From the NCBI GenBank assembly GCA_040752695.1, contig JBFMGO010000001.1:44249-103423 (forward strand): a stretch of DNA of 59,175 bases, written 5' to 3'. Numbering within the stretch: position 1 is the first letter of the stretch; every line of letters begins with the position of its first letter. Below the pieces are notes generated by a model that ran no database searches, was not told the origin of the DNA, and was given only the letters and a program-made list of their open reading frames with translations. Positions 35,602 through 45,230 of this stretch are shown in pieces. Source of the DNA: a bacterium. GTDB taxonomy: Bacteria; SZUA-182; DTGQ01. The translations under genes were made by a program, and so were the position numbers.

Positions 35602-38316
35602 ATGGAGAGTGAATTTTTATCGAAAGCATATAACCCTCAAGAGATTGAAGGAAAATGGTTTACTTTTTGGGTGGAGCGCGGCCTTTTTAAGCCCTCGGTG
35701 AATGAAACGGTGGATGAACCGGGCAGGGAAACCTATTCAATAGTGATTCCTCCTCCCAATATTACCGGGTCATTGCATATCGGCCATGCTTTGAATAATA
35801 CCCTGCAGGATATCCTTATCCGCTGGAGTCGGCTGGCAGGGAAAAACACCCTGTGGCAGTTCGGTATCGATCACGCCGGTATTGCCACCCAGAATGTAGT
35901 CGAGCGGCAGTTGGCTGCCGAAGGCAGGCGCAAGGAGGATCTGGGACGGGAGGAGTTCGTCCGGAGGGTCTGGAAATGGAAGGCCGAGTCCGGCGGCACC
36001 ATTGCCGGGCAACTCAAAAGACTCGGTGCCTCCTGTGATTGGGACCGGGAGCGGTTCACCATGGATGAAGGATTGTCCAGGGCAGTGCGGGAAGTGTTCG
36101 TTCGCCTGTATGAAGAGGGGCTGATTTACCGGGGTGACTATATGATCAACTGGTGTCCCAGGTGTCAGACTGCCCTCTCCGACCTCGAAGTGAATTTCGA
36201 GGAGCTTCAGGGCCGCCTTTACTATCTGAAATACCCCCTCCTTTCCGAGGAGGACCGCTCGATCACCGTAGCTACCACGCGGCCTGAAACCATGCTCGGT
36301 GATACGGCCGTGGCTGTGCATCCTGAGGATGAACGCTACCAGGACCTGATCGGAAAAACCATCCGTCTTCCCCTGATGGACAGGGAAATCCCCATTATCG
36401 CAGACGCCCGCGTGGACCGCCAGTTCGGCACCGGCGCAGTCAAAGTGACTCCTTCCCATGATCCCAACGACTTCGAAATGGGCAATCAGCATCATCTGCC
36501 GCAGATCAAAGTCATTGACGAACAGGGCAATATGACTGACGAAGCAGGCAAATACAAGGGCATGGACCGGGTTTCCTGCCGGAAGAAGGTGGTCAAGGAC
36601 CTGGAATCCCTAGGCTATCTGGTTAAAGCGGAAGAATACCGTCATGCAGTCGGCCACTGCTACCGCTGCCAGACCATCATCGAACCCCTGGTTTCCAAGC
36701 AGTGGTTTTTAAAAATGAAACCTCTGGCCGAACCTGCCATAGAAGCTGTGAAAGATGGCAGGGTCCGCTTTATTCCCGCTCACTGGGACAATACCTATTA
36801 TGAATGGATGTACAATATCCGCGACTGGTGCATTTCCCGCCAGATCTGGTGGGGGCACCAGATCCCGGCCTGGCATTGCCGGGATTGCGGTGCAGTTACC
36901 GTAGCCAGGGAAAATCCTCCGGCCTGCTCCTCGTGTTCGAGCTCCAATATCGTGCAGGAAACCGATGTTCTGGACACCTGGTTCAGCTCTGCACTGTGGC
37001 CTTTTTCAACGCTGGGCTGGCCTGACAAGACCCGTGAGCTGGAATTGTTCTATCCCACCTCGGCTCTGGTTACCGGATTCGATATTTTATTCTTCTGGGT
37101 AGCCAGAATGATCATGATGGGCTTGAAATTCACTGAAGATGTGCCTTTTACGGATATTTATATCCATGCTCTCGTCCGGGATGAGCATGGCCAGAAAATG
37201 AGCAAATCGCGGGGAAATGTCATCGATCCCCTCATCATGATGGATCAATACGGCACGGACCCTTTCCGGTTTACGCTTACTGCCCTGGCTGCTCAGGGGA
37301 GAGATATCTGCATGTCAGAGAAGAGAATCGAGGGGTATCGCCATTTTTGCAATAAAATCTGGAATGCCTCCCGCTTCGTTCTGATGAATCTGGCCGACTT
37401 TGATCCGACCGCGGGCTCCGTGATGCTGGCTGATGAGTCTGATCTGACCCTGTCCGACCGGTGGATCCTGAGCAGGGCCAACAGCCTGATTCTCCAGGTA
37501 AATGAGGCTCTGACAGAATATAAATTTAATGATGCTGCCAACGCCATCTACCAGTTCTTGTGGCATGAGTTCTGCGACTGGTATATAGAGCTGGTCAAGA
37601 GCAGGCTCTATGCCAAGGATGCTGTTCGGGCGAGGGCTCAGGGCCAGGCCGTATTGGTCGAGGTACTCCGCAATACCCTGATCCTTTTACATCCTGTTAT
37701 GCCTTTCATTACCGAGGAAATATGGCAAAAATTGCCCCGCTTGACCGCGAGCGATGGTACTGACCTCAAAGCGCCTGTCAGTATCATGGCTGAGCGCTGG
37801 CCTGCTTTTGACCCGTCGCGGGAAGATAAGGATGCGGAGGAGAAAATGGGCCTTGTCATGGACGTCATCAAAGGTATCCGTAATACCCGCTCCGAGATGA
37901 ATCTGCATCCTACGCTCAAAGTGGAGGCCCTGATTAAAGCGAAAGGGTGCGAGCAGAGGGATGTTCTCACCACCTACTGCGAGTATATCGTACTTTTAGC
38001 CCGATGCGAGGACGTGCGGATCGCACCGGATATCGAGAAGCCGAAAAATTCCGTCTCCCTGGTAATCAGGGACATGGAAATCTATATCCCCTTGGAAGGG
38101 CTCTTTGATTTTGAAGAAGAGCGCAAGAAACTGCTTCGGGAAATGGATAAGATCGACGAGAAGCTGATTTTTCTCAACAAGAAGCTGGCCAATGAGGATT
38201 TTATCCAGAAAGCGCCAAGCCATATCGTGGAAAAAGAGCGGGATACCGTGGACCTTTTGAACAACCAGAAACTCAAACTCCAGCAAAACCTGAAGCTGAT
38301 CTCGGGGGAGGAGTAA
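35602..38316 (+). CDS. valS: Valine--tRNA ligase
   Basis: 'PPPNITGSLHIGH', 'DWCISRQIWWGH', KMSKS and the C-terminal coiled coil. Confidence 0.98.
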   Translation: MESEFLSKAYNPQEIEGKWFTFWVERGLFKPSVNETVDEPGRETYSIVIPPPNITGSLHIGHALNNTLQDILIRWSRLAGKNTLWQFGIDHAGIATQNVVERQLAAEGRRKEDLGREEFVRRVWKWKAESGGTIAGQLKRLGASCDWDRERFTMDEGLSRAVREVFVRLYEEGLIYRGDYMINWCPRCQTALSDLEVNFEELQGRLYYLKYPLLSEEDRSITVATTRPETMLGDTAVAVHPEDERYQDLIGKTIRLPLMDREIPIIADARVDRQFGTGAVKVTPSHDPNDFEMGNQHHLPQIKVIDEQGNMTDEAGKYKGMDRVSCRKKVVKDLESLGYLVKAEEYRHAVGHCYRCQTIIEPLVSKQWFLKMKPLAEPAIEAVKDGRVRFIPAHWDNTYYEWMYNIRDWCISRQIWWGHQIPAWHCRDCGAVTVARENPPACSSCSSSNIVQETDVLDTWFSSALWPFSTLGWPDKTRELELFYPTSALVTGFDILFFWVARMIMMGLKFTEDVPFTDIYIHALVRDEHGQKMSKSRGNVIDPLIMMDQYGTDPFRFTLTALAAQGRDICMSEKRIEGYRHFCNKIWNASRFVLMNLADFDPTAGSVMLADESDLTLSDRWILSRANSLILQVNEALTEYKFNDAANAIYQFLWHEFCDWYIELVKSRLYAKDAVRARAQGQAVLVEVLRNTLILLHPVMPFITEEIWQKLPRLTASDGTDLKAPVSIMAERWPAFDPSREDKDAEEKMGLVMDVIKGIRNTRSEMNLHPTLKVEALIKAKGCEQRDVLTTYCEYIVLLARCEDVRIAPDIEKPKNSVSLVIRDMEIYIPLEGLFDFEEERKKLLREMDKIDEKLIFLNKKLANEDFIQKAPSHIVEKERDTVDLLNNQKLKLQQNLKLISGEE

Positions 38317-38327
38317 GGGAAAAGGAG

Positions 38328-38428
38328 TACTATAGCGGTTTTCGCTTAAATAAGCTACTGTATCGCATTGATATACTGAGAGAGATACGCTGTATATGGA
38401 GCACATGAAACTGAAAACCGCTATAGTA
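38328..38428. mobile_element. ~100-bp MITE-like element (IS630/Correia-type ends) between valS and nadC
   Basis: tactatagcggttttc (38328-38343) and gaaaaccgctatagta (38413-38428) form a 16-bp perfect inverted repeat with TA ends. Confidence 0.6.
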
Positions 38429-38451
38429 ACCAGGGGAGGAGGAGTAAAAGG

Positions 38452-39282
38452 GTGTACGCAACACTGAAAGACCAGATCATTATCCTGGCTTTGCAGGAAG
38501 ATATCGGCCACGGCGATATTACCACCGATAGCATTACACCCGCAGGGCTGCAGGCGGAAGGAAAAATCCAGGCGCAGGAAGACCTGGTGCTGTGCGGCCT
38601 TGAGGTTGCGGAACGGGTTTTTCACCTGCTCGATCCATCGGCCCGGTTTCGGGCCATGGCCTGCGATGGAGAAAGGGTCCAGGCGGGAAAGGTAGTGGCC
38701 GAGGTCACCGGAAGCGCCAGAGCATTGCTGACCGCAGAGCGCACAGCCCTCAATTTCCTCCAGCGCCTGTCCGGTATTGCCACACAGGTTTCCTCCTATG
38801 TGACCCTGCTTCTGGGAACCGGAGCACGCCTTGTGGATACGAGAAAAACCACTCCAGGCCATCGCGACCTTGAAAAGTACGCTGTCCGGTGTGCAGGAGC
38901 CCAAAACCACCGCTTCGGCCTCAGCGATGGGATACTGATCAAGGATAATCACCTTAAAATTGCCGGAGGAATTGAGCGGGCGGTCACCCTGGCCAGAAAA
39001 TGCGCCCCTCACCTTTTCAAGATCGAGGTCGAAGTTGACTCTCTGGATCAGATTGCCGAGTGCCTGGCCGCAGGCGTGGATTGCATCCTGCTCGACAATA
39101 TGAGCCTTGATCACCTGCGAGAGGGAGTAAAACTCATCAACCGCCGGTGCCTGACCGAGGCGTCCGGCGGGATTCAGAAAGAAAGGCTCCCTGAAATCGG
39201 CAGAACCGGCGTGGATTTCATCTCCGTTGGCGCACTGACGCATTCGGTCCGGTCCGCTGATCTCAATATGGAGATCGGGTAG
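38452..39282 (+). CDS. nadC: Quinolinate phosphoribosyltransferase
   Basis: 'EDIGHGDITT', 'ERTALNFLQRLSGIAT', 'DTRKTTPG', 'IKDNH', 'LLDNM'. Confidence 0.97.
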   Translation: MYATLKDQIIILALQEDIGHGDITTDSITPAGLQAEGKIQAQEDLVLCGLEVAERVFHLLDPSARFRAMACDGERVQAGKVVAEVTGSARALLTAERTALNFLQRLSGIATQVSSYVTLLLGTGARLVDTRKTTPGHRDLEKYAVRCAGAQNHRFGLSDGILIKDNHLKIAGGIERAVTLARKCAPHLFKIEVEVDSLDQIAECLAAGVDCILLDNMSLDHLREGVKLINRRCLTEASGGIQKERLPEIGRTGVDFISVGALTHSVRSADLNMEIG

Positions 39283-39410
39283 GCGCGCCGAGGGGGCGCT
39301 TCTTTTCAATCCTGGTTCCAGTGCTCTGGTAAGTGGCTTTTATCTATTTGGGTGATTCATATATAAAGTGATTGCTGTTAGGTTATACCCTTAAAAATGA
39401 GATAAAACCC

Positions 39411-39665
39411 ATGTGGGATATGAATGAAGTTGTAAAAATCGAATATAAGGGTGGGGATATTTATCATATTGTTTTTGACAACTCTGCCAGCGGGGATATC
39501 GATTTTTCAAAGTATCTCATAAAGGGATCTGTGTTTAATGCCTTAAAAAACCTGGAGTTATTCAAAAAGGCTCGTGTTGAGGGTGGGACGATAGCCTGGC
39601 CCAATGGCGTTGATATCGCCCCTGAAACTATTTATGAGGCTATTGAAAGCGCTAAGAAAACTTGA
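39411..39665 (+). CDS. DUF2442 family protein (antitoxin-like), no partner visible
   Basis: 'IVFDN..SGDIDF', 'VFNALKN..LF' and 'GTIAWPNGVDIAPETIYE'. Confidence 0.8.
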   Translation: MWDMNEVVKIEYKGGDIYHIVFDNSASGDIDFSKYLIKGSVFNALKNLELFKKARVEGGTIAWPNGVDIAPETIYEAIESAKKT

Positions 39666-39721
39666 GTAAGGTAGAGAGCTATAAATAGAGAGCTATAATT
39701 AAGAGGGAGAGCAGCCAGACA

Positions 39722-40513
39722 GTGCTTTTGGTTATAGATGTCGGAAACACCAATATCGTTCTTGGCATATTTAAGGACAGTGATCTATGGGGGCAGTGGC
39801 GTATTTTTACCAATAAAAGCATGACCTCTGATGAGATCGGGCTCCTCATGGCCCAGTTACTGGCGAACAGGGGCGTTCATAAAGAGGAGATTTCCGATAT
39901 CATTATTTCTTCGGTCGTGCCTTCGATGGACGATTCTCTCCACAGATCGTGCAGGGTCTATTTTTCCCTCGACCCATATTTCGTGCGGCCGGGGGAGGAA
40001 GAATATATCTCGGTAGCGTATGAAAAACCTGCCGAATTAGGTGCGGACCGGGTGGTCAATGCCGTGGCTGCCTTTCATTTGTACGGAGCTCCCGCCATTA
40101 TCATAGATTTTGGAACGGCTACGACTTTTTGCGTGCTCTCACGAGAGGGAAAATACCTTGGCGGGTGCATTTTCCCCGGTTTGCAGACTTCCGCATCCGC
40201 CCTGTTCAAGGCCGCTGAAAAACTGGTACCCGTGAAAATCGAGCAGCCGCAAAAAGTTATCGGCCGCACTACCACAAACGCCATTCAATCCGGTTTCTTC
40301 TGGGGGTTCTCGGCCATGGTGGAAGGACTGGTGGCCAGAATTGCCGGAGAGTTGCAGGATACTCCTCTGGTAATCGCCACAGGAGGAAACGCTCACCTTT
40401 TCCAGGCCGGATGTCCTGCCATCAACATATTCGACGAGCACCTTACCTTAAAGGGCCTGAACCTTATTTATAAAAATAAGAACAAAGGTAAAGGTGAGGG
40501 ATCGCTTCATTGA
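39722..40513 (+). CDS. coaX: Type III pantothenate kinase
   Basis: 'VIDVGNTNI', 'SSVVP', 'LGADR', 'IDFGTATT', 'ATGG'. Confidence 0.96.
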   Translation: MLLVIDVGNTNIVLGIFKDSDLWGQWRIFTNKSMTSDEIGLLMAQLLANRGVHKEEISDIIISSVVPSMDDSLHRSCRVYFSLDPYFVRPGEEEYISVAYEKPAELGADRVVNAVAAFHLYGAPAIIIDFGTATTFCVLSREGKYLGGCIFPGLQTSASALFKAAEKLVPVKIEQPQKVIGRTTTNAIQSGFFWGFSAMVEGLVARIAGELQDTPLVIATGGNAHLFQAGCPAINIFDEHLTLKGLNLIYKNKNKGKGEGSLH

Positions 40514-40651
40514 CGCTTTCGGTATTTTCATTCCGGCCGCTTAGTGATATTATAACAGTGACAGAAGGGGACTCTACTATATCCACTTATCAGTAAAAAT
40601 CTCCCGCGGGTATGCAGATAACCCGAAGAGTGAAAGAGTAGAGCAAAGAAG

Positions 40652-41191
40652 ATGGAAAAAGAGCATCTTGAAATATTGATAGAAGATTTTATTAAGCAAA
40701 TGGCCCTCATAGCAGAGGGCCAACAAATGATTAATAAAAGGCTTGATAACCTTGAAAAAAAGGTAGACCAAAAGGCCGATGCCAAAGATATGTATGATTT
40801 CATGCATGGTATCCATAAGGACTTAGATGGTAAGATAGGCGATCTGGATAAGAAGATAGACGCTGTGGCTGAGAGGCTGGATAAGAAGATAGACGCTGTG
40901 GCTGAGAGGCTGGATAAGAAGATAGACGCTGTGGAGGGGAGGCTGGATAAGAAGATAGACGCTGTGGAGGGGAGGCTGGATAAGAAGATAGGTGCTGTGG
41001 CGAAGAGGCTGGATAACACAGGCAGAAAGCTCAGTGATAGAATAGATCAATTGGATAAGAAATTGGATACCGTACATAAGGAATTGAAAGGAGATATCCA
41101 GCGAGTGGAGACAAAAGTAGATGCACTTGCAGGTATCTGTACGAACCATGAAGAAAGAATAACCAATATCGAAAGAGCACTCCATAATTGA
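40652..41191 (+). CDS. Coiled-coil protein with 11-aa KID-like repeats
   Basis: 'LDKKIDAV(A/E)(E/G)R' repeats. 'HEERITNIE' C-terminus. Confidence 0.75.
   Translation: MEKEHLEILIEDFIKQMALIAEGQQMINKRLDNLEKKVDQKADAKDMYDFMHGIHKDLDGKIGDLDKKIDAVAERLDKKIDAVAERLDKKIDAVEGRLDKKIDAVEGRLDKKIGAVAKRLDNTGRKLSDRIDQLDKKLDTVHKELKGDIQRVETKVDALAGICTNHEERITNIERALHN
40844..41008 (+). repeat. 33-bp in-frame tandem repeat x5
   Basis: ctggataagaagatag units at 40844, 40877, 40910, 40943 and 40976 with no spacers. Confidence 0.95.
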
Positions 41192-41287
41192 TTGGTTTAA
41201 TGAAAGCTTGAATTTTTATCAAGTCAAAGGTTTTTGAGAGTTAACGAACGGAGATTGAGTGCGCTCACCGAAAAGGGTGGGTGAGGA

Positions 41288-42187
41288 TTGAGCGAGATGC
41301 GGGAGTATAAGGACAGAGTAAGGGAGTATTTTTCGCATAAGAAGGGGGAGGGGTTGATTCTTTCTCCTACGAATTGGATAGTAATAGAAAAATGGGAGAA
41401 AATGGGTATCCCTCTGCATGTCGTTATCCAGGGGATAGATAAAACTTTCGAGAATCTTCGCTCCAGCGGACTTCAACACAAACGGGTCAATTATCTTGGT
41501 TATTGCGAGCCGGAAATTCTGAATGTATGGAGGGAGTACCGGAAAAAAAGTCATCCCGCATCGTGTCAGACCGGATCGGAGCATCCCGGATCGTGTCAGA
41601 CCGGATCAGGTTATACTGGATCGGCAGCGTATGCATGCACCGATGTCCAGGCGGCTTACGCGACATCAGATGCCCGGACGGAAAAGGCCCCTGTCCAGGA
41701 ACAAAAAGAAATTCGGGAGTATGTTGACCGGAAAATTTCTCTGCTTATCGAGCAGGTAACCCGGTCAGGAGAGACCTGGGAAAAGAACAAGAGTGATCAA
41801 AAGGCCGTTGGTGCCGGTCAAGAGCCTCGTGGTGATCATCGCGAGTCCGGTGACGATACCATGAAGGGCATCCTTCACCGAACCTTCTGTGTAATTCGAC
41901 TAGAGGAGGAGTTAGCGGATTTAAGGCAGGAGACTCAAAAGGCCCTTCGCATTGATGTAGATTTAATTGAAAAGCGGTTGCAGAAGTTGGACAAACAATT
42001 AGTACAAAGTTTGTTTGCTGGTCTTCCCCCACATAAAAGAAACGCTCTTCTTTCATCTGCGGAAAAGCAGACCCGAAGGTATAAAAATCAAATGGAGATC
42101 GCTGCCTATCAGGAAACGATTCAGGCATACACCATTGAGCTGTTGCGGCGAGAGTTCGGCATTCATCACTTGAGCCTTTATCAATAA
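41288..42187 (+). CDS. Conserved hypothetical protein with DnaD/DnaB_2-like N-terminal domain
   Basis: 'YF..KKG..LILSP.NW.VIEKW...GIPL.VV.QGID..F...VNYLGYCE..I...W' resembles the DnaD C-terminal homology region. Lies upstream of a DnaC-like gene. Confidence 0.55.
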   Translation: MSEMREYKDRVREYFSHKKGEGLILSPTNWIVIEKWEKMGIPLHVVIQGIDKTFENLRSSGLQHKRVNYLGYCEPEILNVWREYRKKSHPASCQTGSEHPGSCQTGSGYTGSAAYACTDVQAAYATSDARTEKAPVQEQKEIREYVDRKISLLIEQVTRSGETWEKNKSDQKAVGAGQEPRGDHRESGDDTMKGILHRTFCVIRLEEELADLRQETQKALRIDVDLIEKRLQKLDKQLVQSLFAGLPPHKRNALLSSAEKQTRRYKNQMEIAAYQETIQAYTIELLRREFGIHHLSLYQ

Positions 42188-42435
42188 ATTGCATAAGCTG
42201 CCAAGCTGCGTAGAGTTATCTCATGAGAAGTTGTGTATGAGGAGGTTAGGTAGTGTATCCTTTTGGGTAACCTTTTCCTAAAATAATCCCTGTATTTTGA
42301 ATTAATCAATATGATTTGAATTCATCAAAATGAAAGGATGCACGCCCAAGGCGTAAAAAATCCAGACTGGAAGCGGAAGGAGTACCGATAAAGAGCACCT
42401 ATAATGTAAGTTGGAGTTCAATTGGAGGCTTAATT

Positions 42436-42936
42436 ATGATTATCCGTAACGAGAAGGAATCAGACATTCAGGCAATATTCGAGGTCACCAAAGCGGCTTT
42501 TGAAAATCATCCCATTAGTAACCATACAGAACAATTTATAGTCGATGCATTGCGTGCTGCCAATGCACTTACTATTTCTCTGGTCGCTGAGGTTGATGGA
42601 AAAGTGGTTGGCCATATTGCCTTCTCGCCTGTAACCATTTCCGATGGCAGTCATAATTGGTATGGACTTGGTCCTGTTTCCGTGTTGCCGGAATTTCAAA
42701 AGCAGGGGATCGGGAAAGCCCTCATTCATGAGGGCCTGTCTTTACTGAAATCATTGGGAGCCCAAGGCTGTGTTCTTGTAGGCGAACCTGAATACTATAA
42801 ACGGTTTGGCTTCAGAAGTTTTCCGGACTTAACTTTTGAAGGTGTCCCACAGGAAAACGTTCTCGCCTTATCGTTTGATGAAAGGAGAGCCCAAGGCTCC
42901 GTTGTCCATCACCAGGCATTTTCTGCAAAGGGCTGA
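42436..42936 (+). CDS. GNAT N-acetyltransferase (YhbS-like)
   Basis: 'SLVAEVDGKVVGHIAFSPV', 'LGPVSVLPEFQKQGIGKAL' and 'VGEPEYYKRFGF'. GGAGG RBS. Confidence 0.93.
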   Translation: MIIRNEKESDIQAIFEVTKAAFENHPISNHTEQFIVDALRAANALTISLVAEVDGKVVGHIAFSPVTISDGSHNWYGLGPVSVLPEFQKQGIGKALIHEGLSLLKSLGAQGCVLVGEPEYYKRFGFRSFPDLTFEGVPQENVLALSFDERRAQGSVVHHQAFSAKG

Positions 42937-43043
42937 GTTCAGGCCGAGTCGGGTCGAGAGAGAGAATTACGAGTCCAGTTACCCAGTTCCCCTGGAGTGC
43001 CTTTTGGGATAACTGGCCGCGTATTTATTACGCAGTGTTGTTG

Positions 43044-43097
43044 GTTACATAAGTTACATAAGCTACGTAAGCTACATAAGCTACATAAGTTGCGTAA
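43044..43097 (+). repeat. 9-bp tandem repeat x6 upstream of the DnaC-like gene
   Basis: gttacataa gttacataa gctacgtaa gctacataa gctacataa gttgcgtaa. Confidence 0.9.
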
Positions 43098-43153
43098 TGT
43101 GAATAAGTCGAACCGAGATTCCGCTTGAAATCTCCAGCGAGGATTGATTGGTC

Positions 43154-43939
43154 ATGAAAGAGGAAAACGGTGAACCTCAGTCCGTTTCTGACGTAAACTG
43201 CCCCACCTGTGAAGGCACTGGCTGGGAGCGAGTCGTTGAGGATGGTTTTGAGAAGGTCAAAAGATGTCAATGCTTCTATCAGGTGCGAAGAAAGCGGCTG
43301 TTACTGGCAGCGCGGATACCACGAAGGTATTCTCATTGTACACTGGCTAAGTTTGAGGTTGGGGAAATAGATTCCAAGTCCCCTGCCGATGGAAAACAGG
43401 TCAGCGCCGCTATTGCCAAAGATGCGGCTGAGTGCTTTATCCGGCAATATCCTCATCAGCTCCAGCAAAAGGGTATCCTGTTTATGGGGAGCTGCGGAGT
43501 GGGAAAGACGCACCTGGCTGTAGCTATTGTTCGGGAACTCATTGAAAAAAAAGGTATCCCTTGCCTTTTTTACGATTTTCGGGATCTGCTCAAAGAGATT
43601 CAGGCAAGCTATGATCAGCAGTCACAAATCTCGGAACTCTCTATTCTGGAACCAGTGCTGAGCGCGGAAGTTTTGCTTCTGGACGAATTGGGAGCGGCAA
43701 AGGTCACTGACTGGATGCGGGATACGCTCACCTATATTCTCAACACCCGCTACAATGAAGACTTGAGCACTCTTATCACTTCCAACTGGCTGGATGTCAA
43801 GCGAAAGGATAAGGAAGGGGAGGAAACCCTGGAAGAGAGGATAGGGACACGGTTGCGCTCCCGGCTCTATGAGATGTGCAAGGTTTATGAAATCATCGGT
43901 GACGATTTCCGGAAGAAGAATGCTGGTTTCTTCTCTTAG
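43154..43939 (+). CDS. DnaC/DnaI/IstB-family AAA+ ATPase (probable helicase loader) with N-terminal Zn ribbon
   Basis: 'CPTCEGTGW...RCQC', Walker A 'GSCGVGKT', Walker B 'LLLDELG', 'RLRSRLYEMC'. Confidence 0.88.
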   Translation: MKEENGEPQSVSDVNCPTCEGTGWERVVEDGFEKVKRCQCFYQVRRKRLLLAARIPRRYSHCTLAKFEVGEIDSKSPADGKQVSAAIAKDAAECFIRQYPHQLQQKGILFMGSCGVGKTHLAVAIVRELIEKKGIPCLFYDFRDLLKEIQASYDQQSQISELSILEPVLSAEVLLLDELGAAKVTDWMRDTLTYILNTRYNEDLSTLITSNWLDVKRKDKEGEETLEERIGTRLRSRLYEMCKVYEIIGDDFRKKNAGFFS

Positions 43940-44069
43940 ACTGGAATCGTTTCTTGCGTGGTTATAGGAAAAACAATTACGTATAGATGTGTTTTAAAAT
44001 ATAGTCGTAATAATAATTATATTATATAGTTATACTAATAGTCATATTATATGCAGGGAGACATTGATT

Positions 44070-45230
44070 ATGGGCATGTGGGTTGGCAGAGGCAGAAAAG
44101 CCAGGCGCTGCTACGGTTTCGACGAAATTGCCTTGGTTCCTGGGAGGATTACCATCAATCCGAACGATGTAGATGTGAAATGGAAATTGCGGGATGTGGA
44201 GTTTGATATTCCCATTCTGGCTGCGGCCATGGATGGAGTGGTGGATTGCAGGTTTGCCATTGAGATGGGAAAGCTCGGCGGGCTGGCTGTCCTGAACCTG
44301 GAGGGGGTGCAAACCCGCTATGAGAATCCTCAGGAAGCGGTCGACAAAATTATGAATGCGGAGATGCAAGAATCCACGAGAGTTATTCAGGAAGTTTACA
44401 GTAAGCCTGTACAGGAAGAGTTAATTATCCGCAGGATCGGGGAAATTAAAGCTGCCGGCGTGAAGGTGGCTGTTTCGAGTATTCCCATGAAAGCGGAGCG
44501 CTTTGGCCGGATCGCTCAGGAAGCCGGTGCGGATGTTTTTGTGGTCCAGTCTACGGTCACCACGGTAAAGCACTACTCTACGGAATATGAAACCGTTGAT
44601 TTTTTTAAGCTTCGCCGGCAGATTGATATTCCGCTCATCATCGGCAACTGTGTCACCTATGAGACTACGCTTGAGCTTATGGAAACCGGCGCAGATGCTT
44701 TGCTGATCGGAGTCGGCCCGGGTGCGGCCTGTACCACGCGCGGAGTGCTGGGGATTGGAGTGCCGCAGGTAACAGCCACGGCGGATGCTGCCGCTGCCCG
44801 GGATTTTTATTATAAGCAGACGGGAAGGTATGTTCCTGTTATTACTGATGGAGGCATGTCAGTAGGCGGTGACATTTGCAAGGCTTTTGCCAGTGGAGCC
44901 GATGCGGTGATGGTGGGATCTTCTTTTACCAGGGCTGAAGAAGCACCGGGTAAGGGATATCACTGGGGAATGGCCATGCCTCATGCAGCCCTGCCACGGG
45001 GCACTAAAATCAAGACCAGAGTTACAGGAACCTTGAAGCAGATTCTCTTTGGACCTGCCGAATTGGATGACGGATCCCAGAACCTGGTGGGAGCTCTGAA
45101 AACTTCGATGGGAAACTGCGGAGCCAGGAATATTCGGGAAATGCAAATGACGGAGCTGATTATAGCCCCGGCTATCAAGACCGAAGGGAAGGTCCTCCAG
45201 CAGGTACAGCGGGTTGGGATGGGGAAATGA
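44070..45230 (+). CDS. guaB3: GuaB3-family IMP dehydrogenase (CBS-less)
   Basis: '[19 protein letters not shown]', 'VLNLEG', catalytic 'GPGAACTTR' and 'LPRGT'. Confidence 0.9.
   Translation: MGMWVGRGRKARRCYGFDEIALVPGRITINPNDVDVKWKLRDVEFDIPILAAAMDGVVDCRFAIEMGKLGGLAVLNLEGVQTRYENPQEAVDKIMNAEMQESTRVIQEVYSKPVQEELIIRRIGEIKAAGVKVAVSSIPMKAERFGRIAQEAGADVFVVQSTVTTVKHYSTEYETVDFFKLRRQIDIPLIIGNCVTYETTLELMETGADALLIGVGPGAACTTRGVLGIGVPQVTATADAAAARDFYYKQTGRYVPVITDGGMSVGGDICKAFASGADAVMVGSSFTRAEEAPGKGYHWGMAMPHAALPRGTKIKTRVTGTLKQILFGPAELDDGSQNLVGALKTSMGNCGARNIREMQMTELIIAPAIKTEGKVLQQVQRVGMGK

Noticed and set aside
37996..39309. 437-aa antisense ORF and other long shadow ORFs
   Set aside because: They lie opposite confident genes (valS, nadC and others) and have no recognisable motifs.
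40844..41008. 33-bp repeats as a CRISPR array
   Set aside because: Units are contiguous with no spacers, lie in frame within an ORF, and no cas genes are present.
43154..43939. IS21 element (IstB)
   Set aside because: No IstA transposase or terminal repeats. The Zn ribbon and context fit a helicase loader.
43941..43958. Sigma54 promoter upstream of guaB3 (tggaatcgtttcttgc)
   Set aside because: GG-to-GC spacing is 11 rather than the required 10.
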